DNA of 63,951 bases, the filler included, from Basidiobolus ranarum (Eukaryota): assembly GCA_040143965.1 (NCBI GenBank). It is 48 parts of 48 records of this genome, joined end to end, with 100 filler letters (N's around TTAATTAATTAA, not from the genome) between each part and the next. Parts side by side here need not be neighbours in the genome. Positions count along the whole stretch, not along the records: positions 37,429 to 38,662 come from JASJQH010012773.1; positions 38,763 to 39,995 come from JASJQH010012774.1; positions 40,096 to 41,328 come from JASJQH010012775.1; positions 41,429 to 42,661 come from JASJQH010012776.1; positions 42,762 to 43,993 come from JASJQH010012777.1; positions 44,094 to 45,325 come from JASJQH010012778.1; positions 45,426 to 46,657 come from JASJQH010012779.1; positions 46,758 to 47,988 come from JASJQH010012780.1; 40 more parts are not named here. The stretch is one strand, 5' to 3'. The notes beneath the pieces were generated by a model, which saw only the letters and a list, made by a program, of their open reading frames with translations, was not told where the DNA came from and made no database searches. Shown piece after piece: positions 37,429 through 49,768 of the stretch (the first letter of the stretch is position 1; each line of letters starts with the position of its first letter). A program made the translations under genes and the position numbers.

Positions 37429-38184
37429 GCCCACCAGTTAACAACACCAGAAGAATAACTGTTGAAGACCCTGACCAGAACACACAACACTTTGCTGTTG
37501 ACAAACACCTGAACCAAACATTGGAATCTGACAATGAAGATGAATTTTCTTGCTTAGCTGAAGCTTATGCAACCAAATGAGTTTCTCCACCTGAGGAACT
37601 AAGACCTACTGGCACACAGAAGGCAAGATTTTCTGAGCCAGAGGTTGTTATTGAGAACATTCCAAAACCAACACCAAGAGCTACTGAAGAAGGACCTTGA
37701 CAGCCTAACTATCAGATGCAATCCAAGATTAGCAAGAAGGCAGATCCTGAGACACTGACGGAGAGGATCTTAGACTCTTGCCTCTCCATCACAATTGGGG
37801 AACTTGTGAGTGTTTCTTCTACAGTCAGAAAGAATCTAGAAGATAACATATGAACTAGGAGACAACCCATGGATCAACCTTCTGCAAGAATTATACAGGC
37901 TACTCATGATGAATCACTTCCCAAAGTGAACAAGGAAACACCTACATTTACATACGACTCAGTGGCCACAGCCATAGTTAGTGGGACTACTCATGGAGAC
38001 CTTATATGATGCCATATTGATAGGGGGTCAGAGATTTGTGTGATGCAATGGACTTCTATAAGTCAATACCATGCAAACACTTGCTCCCAATGGATACTGA
38101 CATACACTGGAATATGCATAATGCCAATACTGGAGGCTCTTCTCTTTTAGGAGTCATTCATGCATTTCCCATCAACATACAAGC
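37429..38184 (+). mobile_element. Ty3/gypsy-like gag-protease remnant
   Basis: ILDSCLSITIGELVSVSSTVRK and AIDRGSEICVM..LPMD..WNMHNAN..LLGV, typical of fungal gypsy aspartic protease regions. Confidence 0.7.
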
Positions 38185-38662
38185 CCCTAACAAAAATAAA
38201 ATTGATTTGATCCGGATCGGTTCCACCCTCCGAAATAGCAAAACCGTCAGAGAACCGTCACAATATCATTGGCTTGCATTCCGCCAGGGATTTTGATGAT
38301 GTGACGGTGGTTTCTTGATGGTATCTTGGCGGTATTCATACATGTTAAAATATTGATCCTCAAATTTGGCATGCATTATTCAATATCCAGCAATTTTAGC
38401 AAAAATATAATTTTCAAATGGCAAATTACTGGGTTTACTGCTGTAGGAATTTGAATTAATATGCATGCCTTTATTTAGATATTTTAGGCTTTGTATTCCA
38501 GCCATAATGAGAATCAAAAAATACAAGAATCTCATTGTGTTTAGTCTCTACATATGCACATATTTGACTGATTAGACATAACTCAACAACATCAATATGC
38601 TTTACCAGCAAACTAACGGTGGAAAAATTGCTAAACATCTGAAATTTTGAATAGCACTGACA
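38185..38662 (-). mobile_element. CMC/EnSpm-like terminus B (CCCTAACAAAAATAAAATTG…), CpG-intact copy
   Basis: Same boundary at 10345, 13773, 35316, 47159 and 52971; ACCGTCA/TGACGGT subterminal repeats. Confidence 0.88.
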
Positions 38663-38877
38663 NNNNNNNNNNNNNNNNNNNNNNNNNNNNNNNNNNNNNN
38701 NNNNNNTTAATTAATTAANNNNNNNNNNNNNNNNNNNNNNNNNNNNNNNNNNNNNNNNNNNNTGCAAGCCACAAAGCATGAGAATATCCGCCATCCTCTT
38801 TCTGGTTCTTCATTGACTGCTTGCTCTTCATCAAAAATGGGAGAAACATCACGGACTCTTCCAAGCTGGCATTGCTG

Positions 38878-39660
38878 TCAATGTGTACTACTAGCTGATG
38901 AACCAATTTGTTGGGCTCTTGCCCTTGTTGGAGGTGTTACCTCAATTCTAGTGGTGAGTTGTGTAGATTCTTCTTGTGAAATAGATACCTTGTCAGGAGT
39001 CTGTTTGATTCGGAGTGATCTAGTATGTCTCTGCAATGGTCTAGACTGCTCCAATTTGCCTTTGGGAATATCTTCTGATTCAATAAATTTTCTTACTTTT
39101 CTCTTTACACCTCTGTTGGTTACTCTTGCCATAGTGTCCTGAAATGTTGTTTTGAACTCTGCAACCTCCATCAACAGTTGATGCAAAGTCTCATTGAGTA
39201 GTGGTAGATATCTATTTAGAACATCTTTTGCCTCTAAAGTTGAGGCTGCAATGGTTGCTTCTGGTCCATAGAAGCAAAAATGCAATTGAAATTGTGCCTT
39301 TGCAGACTCAAAATCAAAATTCCTATTTCTCAGTTTGTGCTTTCTATCCTCATGATTCTTATTGTATATTTTCTTGCAGACTTCTGAAGGCATGAAGATA
39401 TAGTATTCTCTCCAAAGCAGAGTCAAAAGTTGCTTCCACTTTTGTCCAATGCTCTCTTCCCCAGTTTCTGTCATATTTATCAATAACTTCAATATATCTA
39501 AGCAAGATTTCATAGTGGATACCTGAGCATATGTAAAATTGTTAGGTGCATGCTGCTTGGCACCACCCACACCTTCATTCAACTGCATGTGCAAAATTTT
39601 GGAATTGGTGCTTTCCTGTACCAAAGTAGGTTGTGAATCAGGAAGAATCGGTTTTGACAT
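38878..39660 (-). CDS. Transposon-borne protein with Myb/SANT-trihelix-like domain and low-complexity tail (best-preserved copy)
   Basis: FT..QV....CLDIWELL…QKWKQL…SEVCKKIYNK helix pattern; present in five contigs. Confidence 0.55.
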   Translation of the reverse strand: MSKPILPDSQPTLVQESTNSKILHMQLNEGVGGAKQHAPNNFTYAQVSTMKSCLDILKLLINMTETGEESIGQKWKQLLTLLWREYYIFMPSEVCKKIYNKNHEDRKHKLRNRNFDFESAKAQFQLHFCFYGPEATIAASTLEAKDVLNRYLPLLNETLHQLLMEVAEFKTTFQDTMARVTNRGVKRKVRKFIESEDIPKGKLEQSRPLQRHTRSLRIKQTPDKVSISQEESTQLTTRIEVTPPTRARAQQIGSSASSTH

Positions 39661-40095
39661 GATATGTCACTACCATATATATCTATGATGTTAGACTTTA
39701 TTGGTTTCAATCAGAGTTAGGGATCTTTTTATGTTATTGGTTAAAACATCAAAGTTAATTTCCTATAATGTGATCAAGCATAATGCATTCCACTTTGAGC
39801 CATTTCAATATGTATGTTAAATAAATTGATTTCAATCAAACTATGATTAACTTTGCTGATGCAGTTTATTATATAATTTCCATTCAATTACACATAATTG
39901 AAATAATTAGGATAATAAATGCAAACAGACATTTTATTATACAGAATGTAGGGAATTTTACCATGATAATTGAAATTCTTTGATAAATAACTCGTNNNNN
40001 NNNNNNNNNNNNNNNNNNNNNNNNNNNNNNNNNNNNNNNTTAATTAATTAANNNNNNNNNNNNNNNNNNNNNNNNNNNNNNNNNNNNNNNNNNNN

Positions 40096-41220
40096 CAATG
40101 GTCACAGCCTTAACAGGAAGAGAAATCAAATACCTACACAGTTATAATGGAACTGAAAGTAGCATTGAGGCCGTGACTAGCTGTTGTCAGGAAGGGGGAC
40201 TTCCGCAGCAATTTACTATTCCCTATAGTGCAGAACAAAGTGGAGTTGCAGAAAATATGAATAGGATTTTAGTGCTGAAATCACATAAAATGCTGATTGA
40301 CTCAGATCTGCCTAAGACCTGTTGGGGTGAAGCTATTTTAACAACTATATATCTCAAATAGAAGTCCAACATGTAGCAACCATGACCCTAAAACTCTCAT
40401 TGAAATAGATACTGGAATAAGGCCAAATTTTGAATCTGAAACTATGTATCATCATATCCAAATTTAGAAAAAGTCTCATTGGGGACCAGGTCTAAAACAT
40501 CAGCCACCAATGAATATTTGACAAAGCTCAAATCATTACCAATCCTTACAGTAGATATTCCTAGCAGAAAACCAACAAGCAATAATCCTGTCTCAAACTT
40601 CACTACAAGTATTGAAATCAACGTGAACAAACTATTCTATAATATTCTGGAATCAAGCAGCTATATAAGTAGTGAAACATTAGACAACATTGGAAATGCC
40701 CCAATATGTACCAGCAAACCTGATAATTACTCTGCAGGCACTGATAATTTAGAACCAGCTTCTGGAAATCAGCATATTATCTCTGCCAATGAAGAATATG
40801 GTAATCAGAAAAGGATATTTTTCCAGCCAATCAGGAATCAGGAAGTTAGGCTCAGAAGCAAGGCCATAATTTTCTGACTAATCATGTGTCTATGAAATGT
40901 CCTGTAAGTGAAAAATCTGATCTTTCCACCAAGGACCTTGGATGTCTCATATCAGAGCATGAAATTAATAGATTCAATTCAGAAAAAGGGTGGAATATAT
41001 CTGAGCATATAGCCTTTTCTGAACCAGAAAATTTGACACAAGCTTGAAATCTGTTACAATGAAAGAATCAAGAAAAGCAACTGAAGATGAAACTCACTCC
41101 CTAATCAAGAATGATATGGATCCTTGAGGACTTACCTACTGCAAGAAAAACTACTGGTAAGAGATGAATGCTGAAATTGAAACTTAACCAAGATAGATCT
41201 ATCAGCCAGTGCAAAGCTAA
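40096..41220 (+). mobile_element. Decayed copia integrase-linker-RT start
   Basis: TIPYSAEQSGVAENMNR, LPKTCWGEA; 3' part homologous to 26750-27250. Confidence 0.85.
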
Positions 41221-41289
41221 GTATGGCAAGTGCTCAGCTGAAATTGTGATGTAGCTATGAAGAAAAGAATACTAATCCATTATAAGGAG

Positions 41290-41328
41290 GTCTTCGTGGT
41301 GTAGTTGGTTATCACGTCTGTCTAACAC
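41290..41328 (+). tRNA. tRNA-Val(AAC), 5' half, cut by the contig end
   Basis: GTCTTCG-TGGTGTAGTTGGTTATCAC-GTCTGT-CTAACAC. Confidence 0.8.
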
Positions 41329-41428
41329 NNNNNNNNNNNNNNNNNNNNNNNNNNNNNNNNNNNNNNNNNNNNTTAATTAATTAANNNNNNNNNNNNNNNN
41401 NNNNNNNNNNNNNNNNNNNNNNNNNNNN

Positions 41429-41539
41429 TAGTTCAGCATTATCAATCCATTTAACAAATTGGATAGATAGTGAAAGAATATTAATATCATGGGGATTTAA
41501 TTTTGATAGTTTAACAGTATCAATGTTATTACCTGTATT
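41429..41539 (+). pseudogene. nad5: Mitochondrial nad5 fragment (NUMT)
   Basis: SSALSIHLTNWIDSERILISWGFNFDSLTVSMLLPV; abuts copia sequence. Confidence 0.85.
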
Positions 41540-42661
41540 CTGGGGTTTTTAGCTAAAGAAATACAACTTTGATTATCCTTGAAAATTGTGATGGGCAATT
41601 TCATGATTCTGATCTTGGCATACTGATCCACTACAAATAGAACTCCTCTAATATTAGATTATGACATCATATCTGCTGTGCCATCTCTTCTTGGCAATCT
41701 TGTGTTAGTTTGTCCAGATTACCTTATATGGAAGTCATGTTCTTTGAAACATTCAATGTAACCTAACCAATCATGTCAACCCACACATAGTGTAGTTCCT
41801 TATTGTGACAGCTGACCTTTGAAAAATGCCCAAATCTTTGAACAGTTTCCTTAACTACATAGCCCCCTTTGTTGTATGTGATGCTGCCATGTACTCTGCC
41901 TCAGTTGTTGGAAGTGCTATGGTGGGTTGTTTCTTGCTATTCCAAGATATGGTTGCTTCATTATAGAGAAAGGTATATCCAGAGATAGATCTTCTGTCCT
42001 CAGTATCATGTCCACAATCTGCATTACTAAATGCAATCAGATCCTTATTCTAATCACAATATGTGTTCTTAATCGCAGATCATCTGCGCCCTTTGAATAT
42101 CTGAAAATCTGCTAACCTACTGCATAATGCTCAGATCCAGGGTTTTGCACATGTTGGCTAACTACTCCCACTGCAAAAGAGCTATCTGGCCAGGTTCTAG
42201 TCATAGCATAGAACAAAGTACCTACCATATAGCAATAAAGCAACTCAGGGCTTTTAAATGACATATTTTAAGCAATATTTGGCCAAGTTTCATCATGTTT
42301 GAAAAGATTTTTTGACTAATTTCACACCTGGATCCCTGGGAGTTATCATAAAGCTCTAAAGAGAAGGTAGATGGTGACCGGACTTCTCTATCAATCCTGA
42401 CTCATTTCGTGCCAGCAGTCGCGGTAATACGAAAGGGATAAGCGTAATTCATCTGGAATAGGTGTTAAGGGTATGTTGGCGGTCTCATCAGATGAAACTT
42501 CAAAGGATGGCTTACAATTCTCCATCCTGTAACATCTGAAAATGTCTGAGACATTGTAGTGTTGGAAATATTCCAATCATATCTTGCACATAATAAGCAG
42601 GAAGAATATTATCTATTGCTATCTTAAAATATTTTACAGATCAAGAAAAAGAACAAGAATA
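41540..42661 (-). mobile_element. Decayed copia RT/RNase H with nested gypsy LTR piece and rns NUMT
   Basis: TRPDSSFAVG, ALPTTEAEYMA and MENCKPS|ITPRDPGVKL motifs. Confidence 0.8.
42347..42504 (+). pseudogene. rns: Mitochondrial SSU rRNA fragment (NUMT)
   Basis: GTGCCAGCAGTCGCGGTAATAC 530-loop and downstream SSU-like sequence; the copia frame rejoins exactly when it is removed. Confidence 0.85.
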
Positions 42662-42761
42662 NNNNNNNNNNNNNNNNNNNNNNNNNNNNNNNNNNNNNNN
42701 NNNNNTTAATTAATTAANNNNNNNNNNNNNNNNNNNNNNNNNNNNNNNNNNNNNNNNNNNN

Positions 42762-43993
42762 ATACGTTCAATACGAGGGTAAAGTAAGTGTGATTTGCGT
42801 TCATCTTCAGTCAACGAATCTGCTAAGGCTGCTGCTGAAGCGTAGATGATGGTATCGGTGATACGGGATGGTCGGGAGAGAATAGATCCAAGTCCAAGAC
42901 CGGGGAAGATGTACATATTGTTACCTTGACCTGGTACAAACTCTTGGCCTTGTTCGTCAGTGTAGCGAGGGAAGGCGGTTCCAGAGGCAAATAGAGCTTT
43001 ACCCTTGGTATGAATCATAGCCTGCTCAAAGGAACATTCGGCTTGAGTGGCTGGGTTAGATAATGGGAATACAATAGGACGTTCATTGATCTCTGCTAAA
43101 CGTTGAAGAATCTCTCCAGTGAATATTCCTCCTTGTGCACTTAAACCAATTAATGCAGTGGGTCGAACATGTTCGATAGTTTCCTTCAAATCCTTATATT
43201 GCTTGCCTTCGTTATCATCACGTGCGAAATAGACCTTATGTTGAGCCAATTTATCTCCACGATCGAGAGTAACCAAACCCTTGGAGTCATTCAACCAGAA
43301 CAAGCGTTTGGCTTCATCTTCAGTCATACCATGTTCCAAGACGAAGTAATCCATGATTTGCTTGGCAACACCTACACCAGCAGAACCAGCTCCAAAGAAG
43401 AGAAGTTTGTGTTGTTTAGCGGGGATGCCGACTTCACGAACTGCATTGATGAATCCCGAGAGAATGACAGCTCCAGTACCTTGAATATCATCATTGAAAC
43501 TGAGGTAACGATCACGATGACGATCAAGAAGTTCAAATGCATGTTCAGAGGAGAAATCTTCGAATTGAATCAACATCTTAGGGAATGATTTGTTTAATGT
43601 AGCTAAGACTGAATCTACTGCATTATAAAATTCATCCCCTTCTGGTCTCTTTTTACGTAATCCAAGGTAAAGTGGATCATCTAGATTCTTTTGGTTGTTG
43701 GTACCGAAATCAAGACAAATAGGAAGAGTCTTTCTAGGATCAAGTCCAGCTGCGGCAACATACAATTGCAATTTACCAACTGGAATGCCCATACCACCCA
43801 CTCCCAAATCACCAAGACCAAGGATTCGTGAACCATCGGTGATGACAGCAATATCAGGGGTGATATCAGAATCGGGTAGGGCATTCTTGTAGTTCTCGAT
43901 GATCTGTTCCAAGTTGGGAATATCGTTGATAGAGATGAACAAACCATCAAAGGTGCCGTTAGGGGCAAGGAATGGATAAATGTGGGAGTAATT
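42762..43993 (-). CDS. MAE1: Malic enzyme (NAD(P)-dependent), internal fragment
   Basis: ITDGSRILGLGDLG, IQFEDF, FNDDIQGTGAV, GAGSAGVG, LSNP, GQGNNMYIFPGLG; uninterrupted across the contig. Confidence 0.97.
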
Positions 43994-44093
43994 NNNNNNN
44001 NNNNNNNNNNNNNNNNNNNNNNNNNNNNNNNNNNNNNTTAATTAATTAANNNNNNNNNNNNNNNNNNNNNNNNNNNNNNNNNNNNNNNNNNNN

Positions 44094-45325
44094 CTTTGCA
44101 TTTGAATAAACATCTAGATGAGTGGATACTAATGGGAGTCCTCATAAAATATGATGGTATCTGGAAGTCTTCAAGCATTTTCACAATCAATTCAAACTTT
44201 GATCCTATATCAAAAGGCTCATTCATATTGAATTTTCCACTATATAGCCAAGTAAGTAGTATTGGAATTTTGTTGAATAATAAGTGCATAGTGCCTAATG
44301 GGAAGCTCTGGCTCCAGCTGATCCCCTTTGGTAATATAATCTTAGGCTTACAGCCAATACCAAGTTTGATGTTAGACTGACTACTTGATGAGTTGATATT
44401 AGTAATCATGTTGATATCTGACTGGGCTCTTCATGGTAAAATCAAGGTGTTTAGTTTTGTATTTTGATGGTAGTAATGCATATGCCCAATAGAGCAAACT
44501 CCACTGATTTGACAAAATCTAGAGCAAGATGGTGCATTGTGCACACAAAAACCTCCAAGTTTACTGATGGCAAGAGTGTCACCAATACATACAATGAAAT
44601 TAGCTTTAATAAAATATTCACCCATTGGAACACCATTAGATAACCTTTCAATATCCACAATCTAAGGTTCCAAGAAGCTATCTATAAGCACTGGTGATTT
44701 AGGTCCAGATATAATGGGCAGTATCAAAATATTATGACTCTTTTACCATTCAGAAGGAGGAAGATTTACATTTATTTAAATTATCAGCCAGCAAGACTTT
44801 CCAATGGTATATTTGTTTAGTGAGAAACCATTCAGAGCCAGTGCAAATGCATGATCATATGTGTTCACAAAGAAACCTTGACTTTTTAGATTCTGGTAGT
44901 GATATCCATCAAGTATATTGGTAATACCATCAGCTTTACGGTGAGTATTGGTATTGGATCAATAATCAATATTTGGGTGATTTCATCAAGACTTCAAGAC
45001 AGGGAATCAATGGTATGTAAGGCAAATATGAATGATATTTTCATGATTCAATGATTGCCAATTGTGTGCAAACAGTACATCACTTTGGGTTTTTCAGATC
45101 ACCAGTGAAAGCCAAACAACCATTTGGACATGAAGGTAGTTTAATTACTGAAGGATTATAGGCCATACAAATGACAAGTATTTTCCACTTGTACCAGGTC
45201 TGTGGCAAGCAACAGTTGCCAATCAACTGTGGTAAAAGTGTAAGAAAACCAACAAACACCTGGTTGCTAAGATTGGATCAAACTCTCCACTACTCAATAA
45301 TCAAAGCTGCTTCCTTTACAGTCCC
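44094..45325 (-). mobile_element. CMC/EnSpm-like transposase middle region
   Basis: Bridges 62000-62622 and 19380-19969; LALNGF, SGPKSP, IGDTLAISKLGGF, FPLGTMH. Confidence 0.9.
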
Positions 45326-45425
45326 NNNNNNNNNNNNNNNNNNNNNNNNNNNNNNNNNNNNNNNNNNNNTTAATTAATTAANNNNNNNNNNNNNNNNNNN
45401 NNNNNNNNNNNNNNNNNNNNNNNNN

Positions 45426-46139
45426 ATGAATTGCAAAAGGTCATTTCCAGACTCCAGGAGTTGATTTTAATGAAACTTTTGCTCCAGTAGCTACATTTAG
45501 CTTCATTAGATCTATCCTGGTACTCTCAGCTCTCCATAGCCTCAATTTACATCAAATGGATGCAAAAACCACATTTCTGAATGGAAATCTAGAAGAAGAG
45601 ATCTGTGTGGAGCAACCAGATGGATTTTTTGACCAAAAACACCCTGGTATGGTCTGTAAACTGCAAAAATTGCTATATGGACTCAACCAAGCACCCAGGG
45701 CATGGTACAACATCATAAATAATTATATGGAATCACTAAAATTCCAAAATGCACAGCAGATCACAGCATTTACATCAAAACAGCCGGAAATAAAATACAT
45801 ATCTTGGCACTATATGTGGCGGACTTGATTATAGCCACAAAAGATCTAGAAGCACTTAATCAGACAAAAAGCAGCTTTTTAAATCAATTCCAGGTGACTG
45901 ATTTGAGTCAATTAAGTCATTTCCTTGAAATCCTAATCAAGAGAGATAAACCCAATCATAACATCATACTGAATCTTGCTAGATACATTCTAGATATTCT
46001 AAAGTGCTTCGACATGGAGAATAGCAAGCCTGTATCAAAACCAATGAATTCCAAAGTAAAGGTAATAAAAATTTCATCTGATTTGGTCCAAACTGACTCA
46101 AATCAAAGCCAGGAGTTCCCTCAGTGCATGGTCAAACTA
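45426..46139 (+). mobile_element. Copia RT remnant
   Basis: ETFAPVA, QMDAKTTFLNG, LYGLNQAPRAW. Confidence 0.9.
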
Positions 46140-47159
46140 TAATGGATTGAAATTGTGACAGTTTTCCTGCAATAAAAATCCTCAAATTTCTGTTAGAGTA
46201 TTCAGTATTTTATATTTCACCCTGTAATATCTTTTTAAGCTCACTGCTTTCCTTGATTGACCTCAGTCTGATTAATGCCAGTTATCAATAAAGATTCTTG
46301 CCTAAGTATCTTCCCTGTGCAGTCTTTTCTTGTTGTGCTTTGTGGTCTACATTCAAGTCTTCTCCTACTTTTTAGCCTCATGTCTCTGTTTCTGGTCCTT
46401 GTCCAGTTCCTTATTGTGACAGCTTGATCAGACAACTTGCACTTGCCTGTAGACCTTTCTGTATCCTTGTTCTCCAATTTTGAAACCCCCAATGTTGGCA
46501 TTCCCTTATTACCCATTTTTCCCAAGCTTCCCTTCTAAGGCAAAGGTACTTTTCACCTTTAGATAATTGCTCTAAGTGCATCCTTGTCAGTACGCTACTG
46601 GTTGAGTTGACAGTTGTTTTTGATCCAAGAAGCTTTAGTACTTGATCAAGATCAAAGNNNNNNNNNNNNNNNNNNNNNNNNNNNNNNNNNNNNNNNNNNN
46701 NTTAATTAATTAANNNNNNNNNNNNNNNNNNNNNNNNNNNNNNNNNNNNNNNNNNNNTAGCTGCCTAGCAAACCTGCTCTCTACCGTAACATAGCAACCC
46801 ACGGCTATTCCCAAGACATATATTAGTTAGTTCTGCTCTGCTTATATATCCTGCTTAAACAGTTCTAATATTCTGCACTTATCTTTTTCTTTGGTTCAGT
46901 AAAGTTCAAGACTTTTTATCCACTTTTCTCTTGGACACAACAGCCAGAAATTAATAATGTATGCCAAATGTGAGGATAAATATTTCAACATGTATCAATA
47001 CAGTTAAAATACATTTAAAATACAGTTAAGAAACTGCCATCGCACCATCAAAATCCCTGGCAAAATGCAAGCCACCAATACTATGATGGTTCTCTGATGT
47101 TTTTGTGCTTTAGAAGGGTGGATCCAATCCAGATCAAATCAATTTTATTTTTGTTAGGG

Positions 47160-47988
47160 TTTATAGTTGATCACTTTCTTTATTGATTATACAGGATACA
47201 CTTGGGTCTACTTTACAGAAAGAAAAGAGGAAGCTCTGCCTATCTTTAGAGATTTTAAAACACTTGTGGAGACCAAAACTGGAACTAAAATCAAGAAAAT
47301 ATATACTGCCAATGGTGGAGAATATACTGCAACACTATTTAGGCACTTTTGCAAAGTTCATGGACTCAAGCAAGAAACCACTGCCCCCTATTCACCTCAA
47401 CAAAATGGAGTTGCTGAAAGTGCTAACTCCATAATAATAGAAATGGGAAGATCAAAGATAAATGCACAAAACAATAACTTGTGACTTTGGGCAGAATGTG
47501 TTGCTATAGTTGTATATCTGGAGAATAGGAGCTTTACCAGAAGTCTGTCTATCTTTGCACCATATCAAGCCTGTCTTGGAGTTACACCTGATGTAAAACA
47601 TGTCAAAATCATGACCAAAAATTTGCCTAAATTTGATCTAACAAATAAGAAATGTATATTTCTATGTTATTGTAACCATACTATGGCCTACAAATGCTAT
47701 GATAACTACATCTTAAAGTTAATCAAGTCCAAGGATGTTTTGCTTATTGAAAATGAAAAAGTTTCACCCAAAATGACCTCAGAAGAAGACAAAAATTTAA
47801 TTCCTCCTGATCCAATCATTCAAAATGATTCAAACCAAAACAATGAAAAAAATAGCATTCCTGTGGACCCTTCAACTAAAAATATGCCTACTGAAGTGCC
47901 CAATACAATGGCAGAAGTTGTAGTATCTTTATCCCAAACCAGGAGATCAAATCGGATCAGAAATAGCCCTGATTACTATATCAATGAG
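47160..47988 (+). mobile_element. Copia integrase remnant following terminus B of the CMC element
   Basis: YTANGGEY, TAPYSPQQNGVAE. Confidence 0.9.
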
Positions 47989-48088
47989 NNNNNNNNNNNN
48001 NNNNNNNNNNNNNNNNNNNNNNNNNNNNNNNNTTAATTAATTAANNNNNNNNNNNNNNNNNNNNNNNNNNNNNNNNNNNNNNNNNNNN

Positions 48089-48200
48089 TATAACATATGA
48101 CCTACAGCATTAACTAGAAGAGAGTAAATATAACAACATATGTACTACAGCATTAACTAGAAGAAAGTAAATATAACATATGACCTACAGCATTAACTAA
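48089..48200. repeat. ~41-bp tandem repeat, about 2.7 copies
   Basis: CTACAGCATTAACTA occurs three times. Confidence 0.8.
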
Positions 48201-49041
48201 AATTGTGCCATACATCATGCTGAGGGTTGCTGCCACATCTCAGTGAAAACTCGGTGTATGCTAAAGAGCAGATAATACAAAGTTTTTTGTACTTAAGAAT
48301 GCTAAAAGAAAGTCACCATCACCTGGCTGAATACATGTCTTGAATATCAAATCTTTCCATAGGATACTACAATATGAGCAAGTATGTACGATGAGGTTTA
48401 ATGTGTTGTAGAATCATTTCCGCATTATCAAGTCAATAATTCAATTGATCCTACGAATCTGAAGTCTGGAATTCCAGAAGTATGAGTGTTGGATTTGTGA
48501 CAGCGGCAACCACATGTGTGAGGGTTTGATTTTAATGAGTCATCATAAGCCACCTGTATCAGCACCGCAAGTTATAAATATTGTATGGGTTTGTGGCATC
48601 TTATTGTACCATAAAATGCTGCATATATTCTATAGCTTTGTGAAGCTCAATCTAAAACTCTCAGGCATTCACCAGCTCTGCCTAATTTATTTACATGATT
48701 TATATGTACAAGGGAGATAGGTAAGAAGGGTGAATACAACATAGCAAGTGGGCATATCCGGTAAAGAAGAGCAATGGGTATTGGGCCTAAAATGGCTGAT
48801 AATATCAGTATACGATAGTTTAAAGAAAAGTAGCACCAATATATGCAATTGCATTGAATTGGAAGAGAGTATTTTTGATGGTTTAGAGATGATATATTTC
48901 ATGTTATACTAAAATATATACTCTTCTCCCACTTTGTGAACATAGTCTCCCGGTAAGAAACAAATTGAATCATCAGATAACAATACTTTATTACTTCAAT
49001 TATCAGTGCTTCGATACGAAGACGTAGTCACATACTTAAGA

Positions 49042-49319
49042 TCACTTCAAGTCACCAAGGGCCTCCGCTATAGGGAGAATATTCTTGAGCCATTTTCTAT
49101 TTTCTGCCGCATGGAGAGATTCTTTCCATTTTTTCAGTACAATAGCAGTGCTATCTTTAGCAAGATCCTTGATAGAACCCTGAATTCCATTGGATTCAGC
49201 CATGCTAAGAAGTCCGGTTAGAGAGGCAATTGTACCAGCTACACCAATAGCAGATACCACTCCGGCTGGAATGTTTCCTGTGGCGAAGAACCCGATGGTG
49301 CTAATGATTCGACCAAGAA
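49042..49319 (-). CDS. C-terminal fragment of an unknown protein with a Gly/Ala-rich hydrophobic segment
   Basis: Open from the contig edge: LGRISTIGFFATGNIPAGVVSAIGVAGTIASLTGLLSMAES…; coding-like composition. Confidence 0.55.
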
Positions 49320-49768
49320 NNNNNNNNNNNNNNNNNNNNNNNNNNNNNNNNNNNNNNNNNNNNTTAATTAATTAANNNNNNNNNNNNNNNNNNNNNNNNN
49401 NNNNNNNNNNNNNNNNNNNCTTTGATAATAAACACAATCCAAGGTTATACTTGATTTCCCATAAACACAAGAATTATAACCATTATTGGCTTAATATGTA
49501 GCCTTATTGCGTAGTATCATACCAGAAGTACAGTGAGTACATTGTGTACAGATACTTAGTTCCACTTGAAAGATGCAATCTGAAGTTACATCTGTGAGAA
49601 AGTATGAATTGAGCGATGGTGATTCTAGCCCAAAATGATACTAAATAGTGTTATTTAATGAATGCTTTTAATTTGTACAACTCTGTTTGAAAGATATTCT
49701 TCAACCAAATATAAAAGGTACGAACAATCCCTCTAACTTTAGATTAATCATTCGTTGAAACCACGACA

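Noticed and set aside
40096-41328. tRNA-targeted copia integration upstream of tRNA-Val
   Set aside because: The junction is an internal RT break, not an LTR end
42347-42504. Functional rRNA gene or bacterial contaminant
   Set aside because: Only 158 bp, embedded in a copia RT frame, with mitochondrial-style divergence
43169-43968. ORFs 43169-43588, 43681-43968 and 43695-43892
   Set aside because: Shadow frames of malic enzyme
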